Assembly: GCA_964234715.1 (NCBI GenBank)
Contig: OZ174280.1
DNA from: Podarcis melisellensis
Lineage: Eukaryota
DNA length: 64,000 bases
Strand: one strand, 5' to 3'
A program made the position numbers and the translations under genes. Below the pieces are notes generated by a model. The model was not told the origin of the DNA. It ran no database searches and was given only the letters and a program-made list of their open reading frames with translations. Positions 1-12,804 of the stretch are shown in pieces (position 1 is the first letter of the stretch; every line of letters starts with the position of its first letter).

Positions 1-286
1 CAGCCCTGAGTGCTCACTGGAAGGACAGATTATGAAGCTGAGGCTCCAATACTCTGGCCACCTCATGAGAAGAGAAGACTCTCTGGAAAAAACTCTGATG
101 TTGGGTAAGATGGAGGGCACAAGGAGAAGGGGACGACAGAGGACAAGATGGTTGGACAGTGTTATAGAAGCTAGAAACATGAATTTGACGAAACTCCGGG
201 AGGCAGTGGAAGACAGGAGTGCCTGGCGTGCTCTGGTCCATGGGGTCATGAAGAGTTGGACACGACTAATCAACTAAACAACAACA
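1..286 (+). mobile_element. BovB (RTE-clade LINE) 3' end
   Basis: Translates as KLRLQYSGHLMRREDSLEKTLMLGKMEGTRRRGRQRTRWLDSV, the RTE/BovB ORF C-terminus. Ends GTCCATGGGGTCATGAAGAGTTGGACACGACT followed by a (CAA)n tail; 5' part lies outside the window. Confidence 0.9.
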
Positions 287-999
287 GTCCTATCAAGAGG
301 TACCTAGTGGAAAACACTGCTTCCCATTGCTACTACTAATATGAACTTTGAACAAAGGTACATTGAAAAACAGCAAGCGACCCACCCAGGCAACCTGGAA
401 ATGTTGCACTCATCAGTTAAATATAGTTTATAACTATATTTTAGTTAAACATGCATAGAAAAGAATTGTTCCATAATCCACCACCGTTCTTCTTAGGAAA
501 AGAAAAGGCAACTCAACTCTCCCCTTATGGCAACACAGATACAGTGATTTACAGGCGATAACACGGGGGAAAGGACTATCTTGGTAAACAGAAATGTCGG
601 GCTAGCAGAAACGTATGACCCAGCTGCTCTTGCGAGGCTAACTTCTACCATGAGCAGAAGAAGATAAACAGAAGCAGGAAGAGAAATGACTGACATTAGC
701 ACCCTCCTTGCAGCTATAAGTGAATGGGGCTGCGATTCTGAACACCATTGTGAGTAACCCCTGTGAAGCTCAGCGGAACTTACTGCCGGGTAAGCATGCA
801 CGGAACTGCTTTTTCTCTCTTTTTATGTTGAATATATTTGGGTTTGATCACATGGAAATGTGACAGAAGTATTGGCACCTATTGTATTTCATGGCAGGTT
901 GGTCCTAATGTTTACAAAACTTTCCCCACCCCACCCCCTTTCGGCTACTGCTGACTACGTTTCTGTTGTCTTTGGCGGAGTGGCTTTGACCACCTGAAA

Positions 1000-2210
1000 G
1001 CTTTCGCCACACCAAACGTGCGAAGCCTGCGAAGGTGCCACAGGAGGCCACCTCGAAGATGCGCCCGCGCTTTTCCCTCACCAGGGAAGACCCCCCTCGC
1101 TCGCTCCGCTTGCCTTCGCCACACACGCTCTCGCGGCGCCGCCTACCGCAGGCCACACCCTCCTCTCCTCGCCGCAGACGGCCCGGAGGCTGTGCAGGCG
1201 GGCGGCCATTTTGTGGCGCTGCTCGGTCGCTGGCGCTGGGGCTCAGCGCGGGGAGCGGGGCCTGAGTGGCGAGTTAGTTTCCTTTCTAACCCACTTTTTT
1301 CCCGTACAGGCCCCTCGGTAAGAACTTAGCACTTCCCTGGCGGCGCCTCCGGCTCGCCGGGGAATCATAATAGGTGGGGAAAGCCGGGCTTGTCCGGCTC
1401 GGCTGCGAGGGGGAGCGTGTTCCCCTCCCACCTCAGCTTGCACAAAGGGCGGGAGGGCGGGAACGAGGCCTGAAGGGAGCGGGGGGGGGGTGAGGGCCGC
1501 GCTCCGGAGCCTCGTTGGCTCCTCAAGGCCTTGGCCTGTAACTCTCGCGTGGGGTCTGTAGGTTGGACAGGCATTTAGCCTCGCTAAGGCATTTTGGGCC
1601 TGGTGCGCAGGGTTGCTTGGCTGCGCCTGAGCGACGGTGCTGGTTCGGGGTAGTGGAAGAGCCGCCTATGCGCCCCGTGGGTTTGTGACCCCCGTTTCTT
1701 TTGGGGGTAGGTGAGTATCGGCGGCTCCCTTCATAAGTGGCCGGGCTTCCCTGGGAGCATCCCCGGGACCGGGTCTTAGGGCGGTGCAGGCGCTCCCATT
1801 GTAGGGGATGACGGGGGCGAATGGAAGCGAACTCGGTAGTGTAAAACAAAATGGCCTGAGCTGCGGGGATTTTTTTCCCCTTATTTTTTTTTTTGCATCG
1901 ACCAAAAGCTGTCGCAGTACGCCCGATTCTCTGGCGTCCAAGTCAAATAAAGACTCGTCCTTGTGCAGATTCGAAGTGGTACTGGACTCAGTGTGAACAA
2001 CGCCGTGATGAATTTTCGAAAGCTTTCGATTGAGATCTAGCGTCCTGTTTTCACGGTTTTGTTTTGGTGGGGTGGTCTCCAGGTACACACACCACTGGTT
2101 GTTATTTTGGTTAACTGCGCTCTGTGAAATTTCTGGGCCCTTCGTGGTTAACAAAAATTTAAATTCGCGGCATGAAATGATACCTTACATGTGAAACCCG
2201 GTGTCGCTGT
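1000..2210 (+). promoter_or_regulatory. CpG-island promoter / first exon region shared by RBM12 and CPNE1
   Basis: GC- and CpG-rich island in AT-rich surroundings, with GC boxes (GGGCGGG), a YY1-type GGCGGCCATTTT at 1201-1212, and candidate 5' splice sites CG|GTAAGA (GT at 1318) and AG|GTGAGT (GT at 1711). Confidence 0.85.
1201..1317 (+). other. Probable non-coding exon 1 (5' end approximate)
   Basis: Starts near the YY1/initiator-like GCCATTTT and ends at the donor TCG|GTAAGA. The TSS cannot be determined from sequence alone. Confidence 0.5.
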
Positions 2211-4392
2211 TTTAAGTTGGCTAAAAAGGTTTTAAGAAACATTTGGTTCTGGAGGATGACTTCAGAGTTTATGGTTGTTCTTTAGGACTCCTGGGGTGGA
2301 TCTGTTTCATATCTTCACTGACATGGGCGTGCTCATCAGGTTATATAACAAATTCATTCGTTATAGAGCGATAAGGACATCATTTGTATACAAAATTAAT
2401 TTATCATTCCGAAATTTGACTTCATGAAAGAGAGCTTCATTGTTTGCTGTATTTTCCTAGTTTCTTTATTTCCTCTGAGGGACATAAATGGAAGGATATT
2501 TGCTTTTTAAACAATAGGGCTGCTGTAAGTAGGTAAAGTAATTGATGATTATTAGCCAAAGATAAAGGAAGGTGATAGGAACTTACATATAGGTACAAAC
2601 TGTTAAGATGCTATAAAAAGGCTTTTCATTTTTAAAAAAGTATTTGTTCTTATGTATTTTGATTATTAGGAAATACTGGCTTTAGTTTTGTGTTGACTTT
2701 GAGTCTTCAGTTGTGAATCCCTTTATTCCAGCACACTTTCCCTTCCCCAGCTACTGATAAGCATAGTAATCATACATTTTTAATACTGTTTGTTTGAAAC
2801 AAAGCTCCAAGAAAATGCTTGGTGTGGGAAAGTTACTTTGTACTTAGGAATGTTCTGCTTACCTCATGAGTAAAAAAGAAGCTTATCATAGGTTCTATAG
2901 GATTTTGGTGTATATTTCGGGACTCAAGGGCAACGTACAAAGAGTATTCATTGGGCACGAAGGAGTCATTAAGACCAGGGATAAATTAATATGACAGAAT
3001 ATCTCAGCATATCTGGTAGTATGCTTTTTTTGAAAAGGTTTTTGATTTCTGAACATTCTTGCTTGGAATTATGCATGCGGCATAAACCACAGAAAATAGT
3101 TATTGGAAAAACTGAGCATGACGGCAGACCCTTTTGTTGAATAGAAATGTGCACTGGGAACTGGTTGGAGAAAAATATCTGTTAGCATTTATATTTTGCA
3201 GTGAAATGACCATGTGGAACATTATTAAGCTATTTAGAAATGAAAAAAGGCGATCTCTCGAATTGTACAAAAAATTGTCACCAGGATAATTGAAAGATTT
3301 CAGATGCTGAAGTTTGGCTTGTGCTGAATAATTCTCACATGAATTAACATATGTCCTAATCCGGAATTGTAAATAGTTTATAAGGTCAGGTAGTGAATGA
3401 GTTCTTGGGTTTTGCTGTTCAGACAGGTGTTTTACTTCAGATTTTATGCGGGAATTCACACTGTTTAAGTTTTGTGGTGCTGATGTTGATTTGTTCCTTG
3501 AAAGTCTTTGTTTCGATTAATTGTTATTTCCTGTGGTCAGCAAATATACGGTTTTCTTTAAATAAGGCATAATTACAGATATCACCTGTTCATAGAACTG
3601 CCTGTCAAGCCATTCATGAGATGTGTGGAATTCAGTATTCGTTTTTGTTTCTTTTCTTTCAATGGAAAGTATTTTCAGGATCTGCAGATCAGGATTTCCA
3701 GATTACATTAGGGTTGTGTGTGTTTAAGTACTAGTGTATATAAATTTGCTGAATGTTGGACACAATGATTGTGAAATACTGTTTGGTCCTGTGCTTTGAG
3801 AAGAAGATTGTCCTGTTTGCAATTTATGTTGGATTGTATTTTGATTCTGCAGCTCTAAAATAAGCAAAGCAAAGTTAAAGAAATAGGAGGAAGTGTATTG
3901 TAAGGTATTTGCAGTCTGATTTGGCTTCAGCAAATGTGAAATGACTTTGAAAGGATGTTGTGTTTTGGTTTATTTAAAGTACTTCTTAATTGGGTGAGAA
4001 GTTGTAGCATTAGAAAGCTATTCTAGTTTTCTTGATCAGGAAAAATAAACTAGCCCTCTTTATGAAATGAGACAAATCAGCTATCTGAAGAGAGAATGCA
4101 AAGTTAATTTCTGTAATGAATGTGTTCTGGCTTTTTGTTTGTATTCGTTCTCATGTTGAATATTTTTTGTTTTAAAATAAAAGTAATTGTTGCTATCAAA
4201 ATGTGTGAAGCTGTGGAAAAGACCAAGGAATGTATATTTCATGCACTCTCAAACTTGTGGTTCCCATGTATTGGAGTGCCTTATGATGGACATTGTCCCA
4301 GACTGTCATAATACACAGCACATTGTGGACTGCTAACTTTTAGTTATGTGTTGCTTACATTGATTTTTGCCTCCATTTATTCTTTATTTCAG

Positions 4393-4479
4393 TCTAAAAG
4401 TTGGTTTTAATTGGTTGCCCACAGGATTGCCTTGGCTTCTACTACTTGTTAAGGAAAAAAAACACACCTCTCTTGGCAG
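4393..4479 (+). other. Non-coding 5'UTR exon 2 shared by RBM12/CPNE1
   Basis: Acceptor tctttatttcag|TCTAAAAG and donor GGCAG|gtaaga. The sequence TTGGTTGCCCACAGGATTG..CTTGTTAAGGAAA resembles the mammalian RBM12/CPNE1 5'UTR exon as recalled; no ATG inside. Confidence 0.75.
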
Positions 4480-6060
4480 GTAAGATACAGAAGATGTATT
4501 TATACTTACTGAACACGCTTGGATAATTCAAAGTACTCAGGAAGATAGAGCCAGTACATGAGTTACTTTAAAAAGTTTAAATCACCAAAAATATATGGAG
4601 GTTTCTCCCCCCCCCTTTGTTGGCCTCAAGTTGTGATTTTTTTGTTAAAACTTTCTGTGGGTAGAATTCTTTAAGATTGAGGTCTTTTTAGGGTTATGTG
4701 GTTTTTAAAACACCATTAACTCTTCTGTATAGCAAGTTTTGTGTAGTTACCCAAATTGTCTAGTCATGTAGGTTTAAAAACAAACAAAACCCAGGTGAGT
4801 TCTACTCTCCTAGCTGAAGCTTGGCAGCTAAGTCTTTAATTTGCATTTGGTGTTTGAATACATTTTTAATATAATTGTAGCTCTTTGGTGTTTAGTCTGA
4901 AAAAATTAATACATTTTGTGATGCATATCAGTGTTAGCTATATATTTGCAAAATCAGATTTTTATATATCCGTGCCCCCCAAAATACATTCTTTACATAT
5001 ACCATGATGGTTATATCTACAGCCTGTTGTTTTCTGGAGAACTGTACTATTTTGCTGCTCAGTCTTCTATGTAACATTTATGAACTGTTGTTAAATGGCT
5101 GTGCATACATTTGTGTCTTGTATTTCTTAATAAGTATCTCCAGATGAATGAATTATTTAAAATGGAAGGCCATGTTAGGAGCTTTATGACATTATGAAAG
5201 AAATGCATTCTTTGAGATAGTGGCCCAAAGATTAATAATTTAGTTTCAAATATTTTTATCCTTCTCTCTATCTGAAATATAATCAAAGCAGCTATTAAAT
5301 CTAAAACATCAGTAACTACAGTTTGGTATAAAATAAACAGCACAGCATAGCTTTTTGGTAAGTATAAAAGACAAAAGCTTTGTGAACTACCCACATGCAA
5401 ACAAATAAAGATGGAGCCAAGTAGACATCTCTCAAAATGACGTTCCAAAATAGTTGCACATTGTCAGAAAAGGCCCTGTTCCTATGGTCTACCAGTGACA
5501 TTTCTGGTGATGAAGTATGGAACAAGACTTTGGTGTCTCAATATTTCAGCAGGTTCCTAAGACAGACTTAATAGTTTTGATTAATAGAATGTATATATCT
5601 GGACTGGTTTATCTCAAAACTCCTTAAGGTTGCAGAGAAAGATTTGGCTGTAAACAATACTATTGCTTACTTGTGCTGATTGAAAGCATGTCCCTGTTTT
5701 TGTGTAAGATCAGAATTTTGGTGCACATAGTGCAAGTGAAATACATATGTAGGTCAGATTAGGAGGCTTCTACTTTTTTCAGACCAAGGACCAGTCTAAA
5801 GTGCAGACATGTGTTTGAGCATTTATACTTAATTTTCATCATACAGGCTTTGTCCTATTTGTGCAGGGTTGCATTCCTGGTGCCTGCACACATCGGAGCA
5901 TACATAAGCCTACTCTTTTACGCCCCCAACTTGTGTTCAGACCACTTCCACAGACCACATTTGTTTGGCAGTAGTTCTGCTGTTGCAGTCTGCTTTAGAT
6001 CCTGGAGCACCAGTTGAATAACTGTGGTAATAAGGTATGCAACAAGGTATCTTCAGACAA

Positions 6061-6305
6061 TACACCTTGATTTATGGACTTAATCCGGAAGTCCGTTCTT
6101 AAACCAAAGCGTTCTTAAACCAAGGCGTGCTTTCCCATAGCAGCAGGGGCCTCAATTTACAAATGCAACACTCTCAACAGGAAGCAGAACATGTTCTGCT
6201 TCCAAGGCAAAGTTCACAAACCAAAACACCTACTTCTGGGTATGCAGCATTCTTAATCCAAGTTGTTCATAAACTAAGCTGTTCTTAAACCAAGGTACCA
6301 CTGTA
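6061..6305. mobile_element. Tc1/mariner-type MITE (left TIR degraded)
   Basis: Right terminus AGGTACCACTGTA matches the copies at 56497 and 57586; internal GTTCTTAAACC repeats. Confidence 0.7.
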
Positions 6306-8439
6306 TATTTGTGGTGGGTCTTGAACATGCAAAATTGAATGTTCTTCAAAAACCAGTTGACGATAATAGAACTTGAGCCTCTGGGCAAAGCTTCTAGTCA
6401 TAGACACCCTCAATATTATATAACATGGTTTACAGTTTATTCGATCTTTTAACAAAAAAGTTTTAGCCTTTTTATGATGTGCTGAGGTCCGTATCTACTG
6501 AATAGGCCTATTCACTCTTTTGATTTTGCTGCTTAGGTTATGATTATAAGACTTCTGCAGAATAAATGTTTTGTAGATGTTGCTGTCCAAATAATAATAA
6601 TAGTTTATACCCCGCCCATCTGGCTGGGTTTCCCCAGCGATTCTGGGTGGCTTCCAACTGAATATTAAAAACAATACAGCATCTTCCACTAATATGTTGT
6701 ACTAGTTTTGAATGCTTGCTTTAACTTGTACTAAATTGTTTGCTTGCATTTGAATAATCTACATTTTCTTATGCTTTTTAATTAGGGATTAATAAACTTT
6801 TTAAAAGCCTTTTCCTATTTCTCATTTGCAAATCTATTGCATAGTAATTTGTATCTGTGACTGTCATAACATCTTAAAGGTGACACTGCAGATTTCAAAC
6901 CTGTTTTATTTTAAAAGAAAACTCTTTAATTAAGAGTACTTACTACAGTAAATATAAGCAACATTGTAAAACTGGACAAAATATATTACAACACAAAACC
7001 ACTGTTATCAGCCTGAAGGGAAGGGTTTAAATAAACAATAACTATTATAATTATAATTATTTCTACCAGGAACTAAATGAACTTCAGAAAGACTGTGACA
7101 TCACATTTTCACCAAATATGATGTACAGTATCCAGTACATCAATAGCCCTTCCAGCACTTAGACATTAGGATGAATGTGAAGTACTCTCTGTATCTTCAT
7201 GAGATTTAGCATTATTAGTGGATGACTTTGAACGTTGCCTCTTTGATTTAGCATAGATATATTGAAAAAATGTTTAAATGAAATTTGCTTTCAGTATTCT
7301 GGGGGCATAAGCTGGTTTCCTGATTTGTTTAGTAATGGGAAAATGTGCTTGTAAATCCCAGGCAACATGGCACCTTTGGAGCATTTATTTTTCATACTTC
7401 TGGCTACTGGCTACTTGGTTGTTTCAGCTAAAGTTCATTTTATACTTCTCTCTGCAACCATAAGGAAAAAGGAAGGTTCTTCTGATGAGCTTCAACTAAA
7501 TCAAAGCCAATTTATTGAAAATGTTATGATACTTCAAAAGCAATTATGTAAGTTTTTCTCCCTTCATGTTAGCAAGCTGATGAATGGTTTTAAAAACATT
7601 TTCTTTTAACGAAAAGGTTTTTTTCTTTAAAAAAAAGAAATCATGAACATTTTAAATACTATTTCCTTTATCACATTATTTTTCCTAGAGATGCCAGTCC
7701 TTTTTTAATTTAGGAAGGCTTTTAACAGTACTATGTAGCTATTTCAGAGTGGCATTATCTGAAACAGCAACATAATCAAACACAGGGTGTAGGAGAGGTG
7801 TATTACTGGTTCCTATCTGACTTCTAAAATACATCTTGCAGTGCCTGGTAACTCTAGAGTTTTCCATCCAAACACCAAACCAAGTATTAGCTTGCTTGTA
7901 TAAAGGAATTAATGGCTTTGTGAAAGCTGCAGAGTAGGAGGAGATTCTTTAAAAAAAAAAAAAGAACAAAAGTGAGGAGCAAGGAATAGGCTGGAGAGAT
8001 TTCATGTCTCTAGATACCAAGCAATGTGATGTATAGGATTTTGAAGTAGTTATGCATTCCTGTGTGGGACTGAAGTATAAGATTGTGACATAAGATAAGT
8101 GTTTTAAAAATAAAAAGTTTGTTGGTGCACAGGAGCCTAAAATTATTCCAGCCTTGAGCTAAATGAGCTTAATGCAAGAAGTTTGCTTTTGGATTGTCAT
8201 ATCTGAAGCTGGTGTTCTCCAGAAGGATTTGTCTTTGTTCCAGTTTTTGACTGTGTTCTTGTTAACAGCCTTTAACATTCCATATTGCAATTTACTGGAA
8301 AGCTTTGATGCAATTGTCCTTTAAAAGTACTTTGTAGAGAAAGCTGCATGAATAAAGATCACAAATTGTAAATTGATTTAAGATCTGCAGGAGCTTTTAA
8401 ACATAAGTATCTAGGTTAAGCATATGGTGTCTTAAATAG

Positions 8440-8618
8440 NNNNNNNNNNNNNNNNNNNNNNNNNNNNNNNNNNNNNNNNNNNNNNNNNNNNNNNNNNNNN
8501 NNNNNNNNNNNNNNNNNNNNNNNNNNNNNNNNNNNNNNNNNNNNNNNNNNNNNNNNNNNNNNNNNNNNNNNNNNNNNNNNNNNNNNNNNNNNNNNNNNNN
8601 NNNNNNNNNNNNNNNNNN
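8440..8618. other. Assembly gap (179 N) covering the RBM12 acceptor and start codon
   Basis: Run of N; the sequence resumes in frame at AFIVFATDEDARLG. Confidence 0.95.
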
Positions 8619-11127
8619 GGCTTTCATCGTCTTTGCCACTGATGAAGATGCAAGGCTGGGTATGATGCGCACAGGTGGTACCATTAAAGGGTCCAAAGTA
8701 ACACTGTTGCTGAGCAGTAAAACTGAAATGCAGAATATGATTGAACTCAGTCGCAGGCGCTTTGAAACAGCAAATCTAGATATGCCACCAGCAAATGCTA
8801 GCAGGTCTGGGCCTCCACCTAGTTCTGGAATAAGTAGCAGGGTGACTCTTCCTACGACAGTACCTAACTTTAACAGTCCCTCTCCTAGTGTAGTTACTGC
8901 AGCTACTTCAGTTCATGAAAGCAACAAAAACATACCAACATTCTCCACTGCCAGCATGGGAACTGCTCCTCCTAATATTGGTGCTACTTTTGGAAGTCCC
9001 ACCTTTAGTTCCACCATACCTAGTACAGCATCCTCAATGAACACAGTACCACCTCCACCAATACCTCCAATTCCAGCTCTGCCATCATTGCCCCCAATGC
9101 CTTCCATTCCTCCCATCCCTGTCCCACCTCCAGTACCTACACTGCCTCCTGTTCCCCCAATACCTCCTGTACCTCCTGTGCCACCTATGACCCCTCTGCC
9201 TCCTTTATCAGGAATGCCTCCAATGAATCCCCCACCTGTAGCACCTTTGCCTACAGGAATGAATGGATCTGGAACAGCCATGAATCTGAGCACTAACTTG
9301 AATCCAATGTTCATGAGTCCCATAAATCCTATTCAGATCAATTCTCAAAGTGCTGTGAAATCACTTCCTATCAATCCAGATGATCTGTATGTCAGTGTGC
9401 ATGGAATGCCATTCTCAGCAACAGAATCTGACGTGAAAGACTTTTTTCATGGACTTCGTGTGGATGCAGTGCATATACTGAAAGATCATGTAGGACGAAA
9501 TAATGGAAATGGATTAGTTAAGTTTTGTTCTCCTCAAGATACATTTGAAGCCTTGAAGCGAAACAGGATGCTGATGATTCAGCGCTATGTCGAAGTTGGT
9601 CCTGCAACAGAGAGACAGTGGGTGTCTGCAGGAGGCCATATAACATTCAAGCAAACCATGGGTCCTTCTGGACAAAATCATCCTTCTCCTCAGACTCTCT
9701 CTCTGTCTAAATCACCTAATGGTCAGAAAAGATCCAGATCCAGATCACCACATGACCAGGGCTTCTGTGTTTATTTAAAAGGACTTCCTTTTGAATCTGA
9801 GAACAAGCATGTAATAGATTTCTTTAAAAAGCTTGATATTGTGGAAGACAGTATTTACATAGCTTATGGACCCAATGGGAAAGCACTTGGTGAAGGTTTT
9901 GTTGAGTTCAGAAATGAAACTGACTACAAAGCAGCTTTATGTCATCATAAGCAGTACATTGGAAATCGTTTCATTCAAGTACATCCCATAACAAAAAAAG
10001 CTATGTTAGAAAAGATAGAAATGATTCGGAAAAGACTGCAGAACTTCAACTATGATCAGCGTGAGATCATTATGAATACTGAAGGGGAGACTGGTCCTTC
10101 TAAACTATGTGCACATATATCCAATATTCCCTACAACATTACTAAAATGGAAATCCTTCAGTTTCTAGAGGGACTGGCAGTGGAAGAGAACTCTATACAA
10201 ATTCTTGTTGATACTAATGGGCAAGGTTTAGGACAAGCACTGGTCCAATTCAAAGCTGAAGAAGATGCTCGTAAATCAGAGCGCCTGCATCGAAAGAAAC
10301 TAAATGGGAGAGATGTTGTGCTAAGAGTTATTTCCCTTGAAGAAATGAGAGAAATTGAGAGAAATCCTCCCTCCCAGGGGAAAAAAATGTTGAAAATGCC
10401 ATTGCAAGGGAGTGCACTAATGCCAGGAGTGCAGAATGCTGGTGGGGATAAACATTCTTTCATAGGTAATAGCCCCAAAGATGCAAACAGTGGTCCTCCT
10501 TTTCATTTTCCCAGCAATTTCAGCGGGTCTAATGCATTTGGCCCCCCTCTTCCACCTCCAGGAATAGGTGGTGGCTTTGGTGATTCAAGGCCAGGGATGC
10601 CTTCTATTGGAAATAGTGGCCTGCCTGGTCTGCCTGGTTCAGGAATTGATGTTCCGGGTTTTGGAGGTGGGCCTAGCAATTTAACTGGGCCATCAGGTTT
10701 CACAGGAGGTCCTCAGAACTTTGGAAATGGGCCTGGTAATTTAACTGTTCCTCCTAACTTTGGTAGTGGACCTCCAGGTCTTGGTGGTGCGCTTGGACAT
10801 TTAAGTGGACCTCCAGGGTTTGGACCTGGACCTGGAAACTTGCATATTGCTGGGCCACCTGGGTTTGGAGCTGGCTCTGGAAAGCCAGGGCCAACTGTCA
10901 TTAAAGTTCAGAATATGCCCTTTACTGTATCAGTGGATGAAATTTTGGATTTCTTCTATGGTTACCAAGTAATCCCAGGTTCAGTGTGCTTAAAATACAA
11001 TGAAAAGGGCATGCCAACAGGTGAAGCAATGGTTGCATTTGAATCTCGTGATGAAGCAATGGCAGCTGTTGTTGATCTGAATGACAGGCCAATAGGCTCA
11101 AGAAAAGTCAAACTTGTTCTAGGGTAG
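8494..11127 (+). CDS. RBM12: RNA-binding protein 12 (multi-RRM, Pro-rich and Gly/Pro-rich linkers); single coding exon, ~877 aa; start inferred inside the gap
   Basis: In frame from 8620: AFIVFATDEDARLGMMRTGGTIKGSKVTLLLSSKTEMQNMIELSRRRFETAN... RRMs at LYVSVHGMPFSATE, CVYLKGLPFE, CAHISNIPYN and VIKVQNMPFTVSVDEILDFFYGY...GSRKVKLVLG*. Orthologs have ~42 more N-terminal residues (MAVVIRLQGLP...), putting the ATG near 8494. Confidence 0.95.
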   Translation, partial: XXXXXXXXXXXXXXXXXXXXXXXXXXXXXXXXXXXXXXXXXXAFIVFATDEDARLGMMRTGGTIKGSKVTLLLSSKTEMQNMIELSRRRFETANLDMPPANASRSGPPPSSGISSRVTLPTTVPNFNSPSPSVVTAATSVHESNKNIPTFSTASMGTAPPNIGATFGSPTFSSTIPSTASSMNTVPPPPIPPIPALPSLPPMPSIPPIPVPPPVPTLPPVPPIPPVPPVPPMTPLPPLSGMPPMNPPPVAPLPTGMNGSGTAMNLSTNLNPMFMSPINPIQINSQSAVKSLPINPDDLYVSVHGMPFSATESDVKDFFHGLRVDAVHILKDHVGRNNGNGLVKFCSPQDTFEALKRNRMLMIQRYVEVGPATERQWVSAGGHITFKQTMGPSGQNHPSPQTLSLSKSPNGQKRSRSRSPHDQGFCVYLKGLPFESENKHVIDFFKKLDIVEDSIYIAYGPNGKALGEGFVEFRNETDYKAALCHHKQYIGNRFIQVHPITKKAMLEKIEMIRKRLQNFNYDQREIIMNTEGETGPSKLCAHISNIPYNITKMEILQFLEGLAVEENSIQILVDTNGQGLGQALVQFKAEEDARKSERLHRKKLNGRDVVLRVISLEEMREIERNPPSQGKKMLKMPLQGSALMPGVQNAGGDKHSFIGNSPKDANSGPPFHFPSNFSGSNAFGPPLPPPGIGGGFGDSRPGMPSIGNSGLPGLPGSGIDVPGFGGGPSNLTGPSGFTGGPQNFGNGPGNLTVPPNFGSGPPGLGGALGHLSGPPGFGPGPGNLHIAGPPGFGAGSGKPGPTVIKVQNMPFTVSVDEILDFFYGYQVIPGSVCLKYNEKGMPTGEAMVAFESRDEAMAAVVDLNDRPIGSRKVKLVLG

Positions 11128-11619
11128 CTGGTAATATAAAATGTTTGTAGAATAGATATTAGTGCTGTGATTTATGCATTCAGACTGTTTTATAGTAGCT
11201 CCAGGTTAGAACCTATAAATTGTTTAAACTTTCCATTTGTTTTGATTTGACTGGTTTAATTGTTTACAGAGCAATCACTGCAAGGGGAAATGTGCAGTTG
11301 TTCTACCAGTACAGATACATAAAGAAGGATTCTCATAAGTAGAAAAAGTTTGCTAATGCTAAATTAACCATGCAATGTTTATCAAGGAGTCTAGATTGTG
11401 TTTTTGGTTTTTTTAAATCTTGGATGAGGAAAACTGTCTTGATGAAGTTAGTGATCTTTTAGTGGGTGCTGTTGCAAGCTATTGTAAAATAGGAAGTAGC
11501 TATGTCTAGAGTTGGTTAAAAGCTGGCTGAATTTATTTGTTTACACAGGTCAAAGTTTTTTTGTTTTTGTTTTTTGGGGGTTATTTTGCTTAAAAGTCCC
11601 AAGTTTAACTTTGCAACTG

Positions 11620-12804
11620 AATAAAGTCTAAGTATACACAGATTGTTTATGTACCTTATTTTTTCAAAGATTCTTGGTGTATGGACAGTGAAATTATGTA
11701 CATTGAGAAACATATAGGCGGTTTTCCTATACATAAACAGAGCAATCTGTAAAATTCCAGCTTTTGTGGAATAATTTTAGTTCATATTTCAACTGACTGT
11801 ATAGAATAAGGCTTTTGCCACAAGTGCAGATACCTTCATTTATTACTCTGCATCTTTACTGTATGCTTAATATTGAATACATGGAGGTGCCATACCATGC
11901 CACAATTTGAAAGTATAACTGTTTGATTAGATGGATTTGTTAGGATTGTATGTTACAGTTGGGATAGGGTCCTCATCACTTGGTTTTTGTACACTCTGTA
12001 TGTTGTGTATATTTTTGAACCACACCCTTCTGAAATCTCTTGGTTTATTAAGTGAACATAAGGGACTGATGCAAAGTGTTAATGTTAGCAATCATTTGTG
12101 TTACTATGATTCCATGAAATCTTGTGAATTATTGCTATGATCACTTAAGATATTAAAGCATTGAAATGTCTCCCGTCACAAATTGAGTTCTTAAAGTCTT
12201 TCCAATAGATTACATTGTTCAAATTCTGTGTAGAATTGTCACTTTCTTGGCAGAACTCTCTTATGAAAGAGGGAAGATGCAAATCAAAGACTGTCCATGA
12301 TTAGATTCAACAAGTTGCCTGAAAAAAACACTTGCAAATCATTGTATATTTAAAAAACATTTTAAGCTATTCTGATCCCAGTTAAAGGGAAACAGTGTCC
12401 ATTTGAGTTGGGTATGATGGAACATCTGAAGTGCACAGCCTGGCATAATGTAGACGTGCAAGTGGCAACCATTCTATTCTAGTCATCCAGTGTGTTAGGT
12501 GAATGAAAAAACATGCTGAATTGCTGCATCATGAGAGGATTTTGCAGTACAGTAATTTCAAGGATTGTGTGAAAGTGTTGCAATGAAGTGGTGGCTGTAT
12601 TACAAATTTTGTAATTCATGGATTTGAAACTGTTTTGACAGGAACAGAGATGGTGCATTCCTGAAAAATGACATGATTGTACTACACTGTTAAAATTACT
12701 AAGCCTCCTGTTAATAAAACTGTCTTTCTGAAGTTTCTTGCTATCTATTTTTAATTGTCTGGTGTGTTTCAACAGCAGACTTCTTTTATTGAACGGTCAA
12801 TAAA
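11620..12804 (+). terminator. Candidate RBM12 polyadenylation signals (AATAAA at 11620, 12713, 12799; another at 17918)
   Basis: AATAAA hexamers in the U-rich region downstream of the RBM12 stop; which are used is unknown. Confidence 0.4.

Noticed and set aside
32-277. 81-aa ORF as a host gene
   Set aside because: It is the truncated C-terminus of a BovB LINE ORF.
905-2154. Several 60-160 aa ORFs in the CpG island
   Set aside because: Expected in GC-rich sequence with few stop codons; no recognisable domains.
8913-10901. Gly-rich or Pro-rich minus-strand ORFs (e.g. 8913-9323, 10503-10703)
   Set aside because: Antisense shadows of the low-complexity Pro/Gly codons of RBM12.
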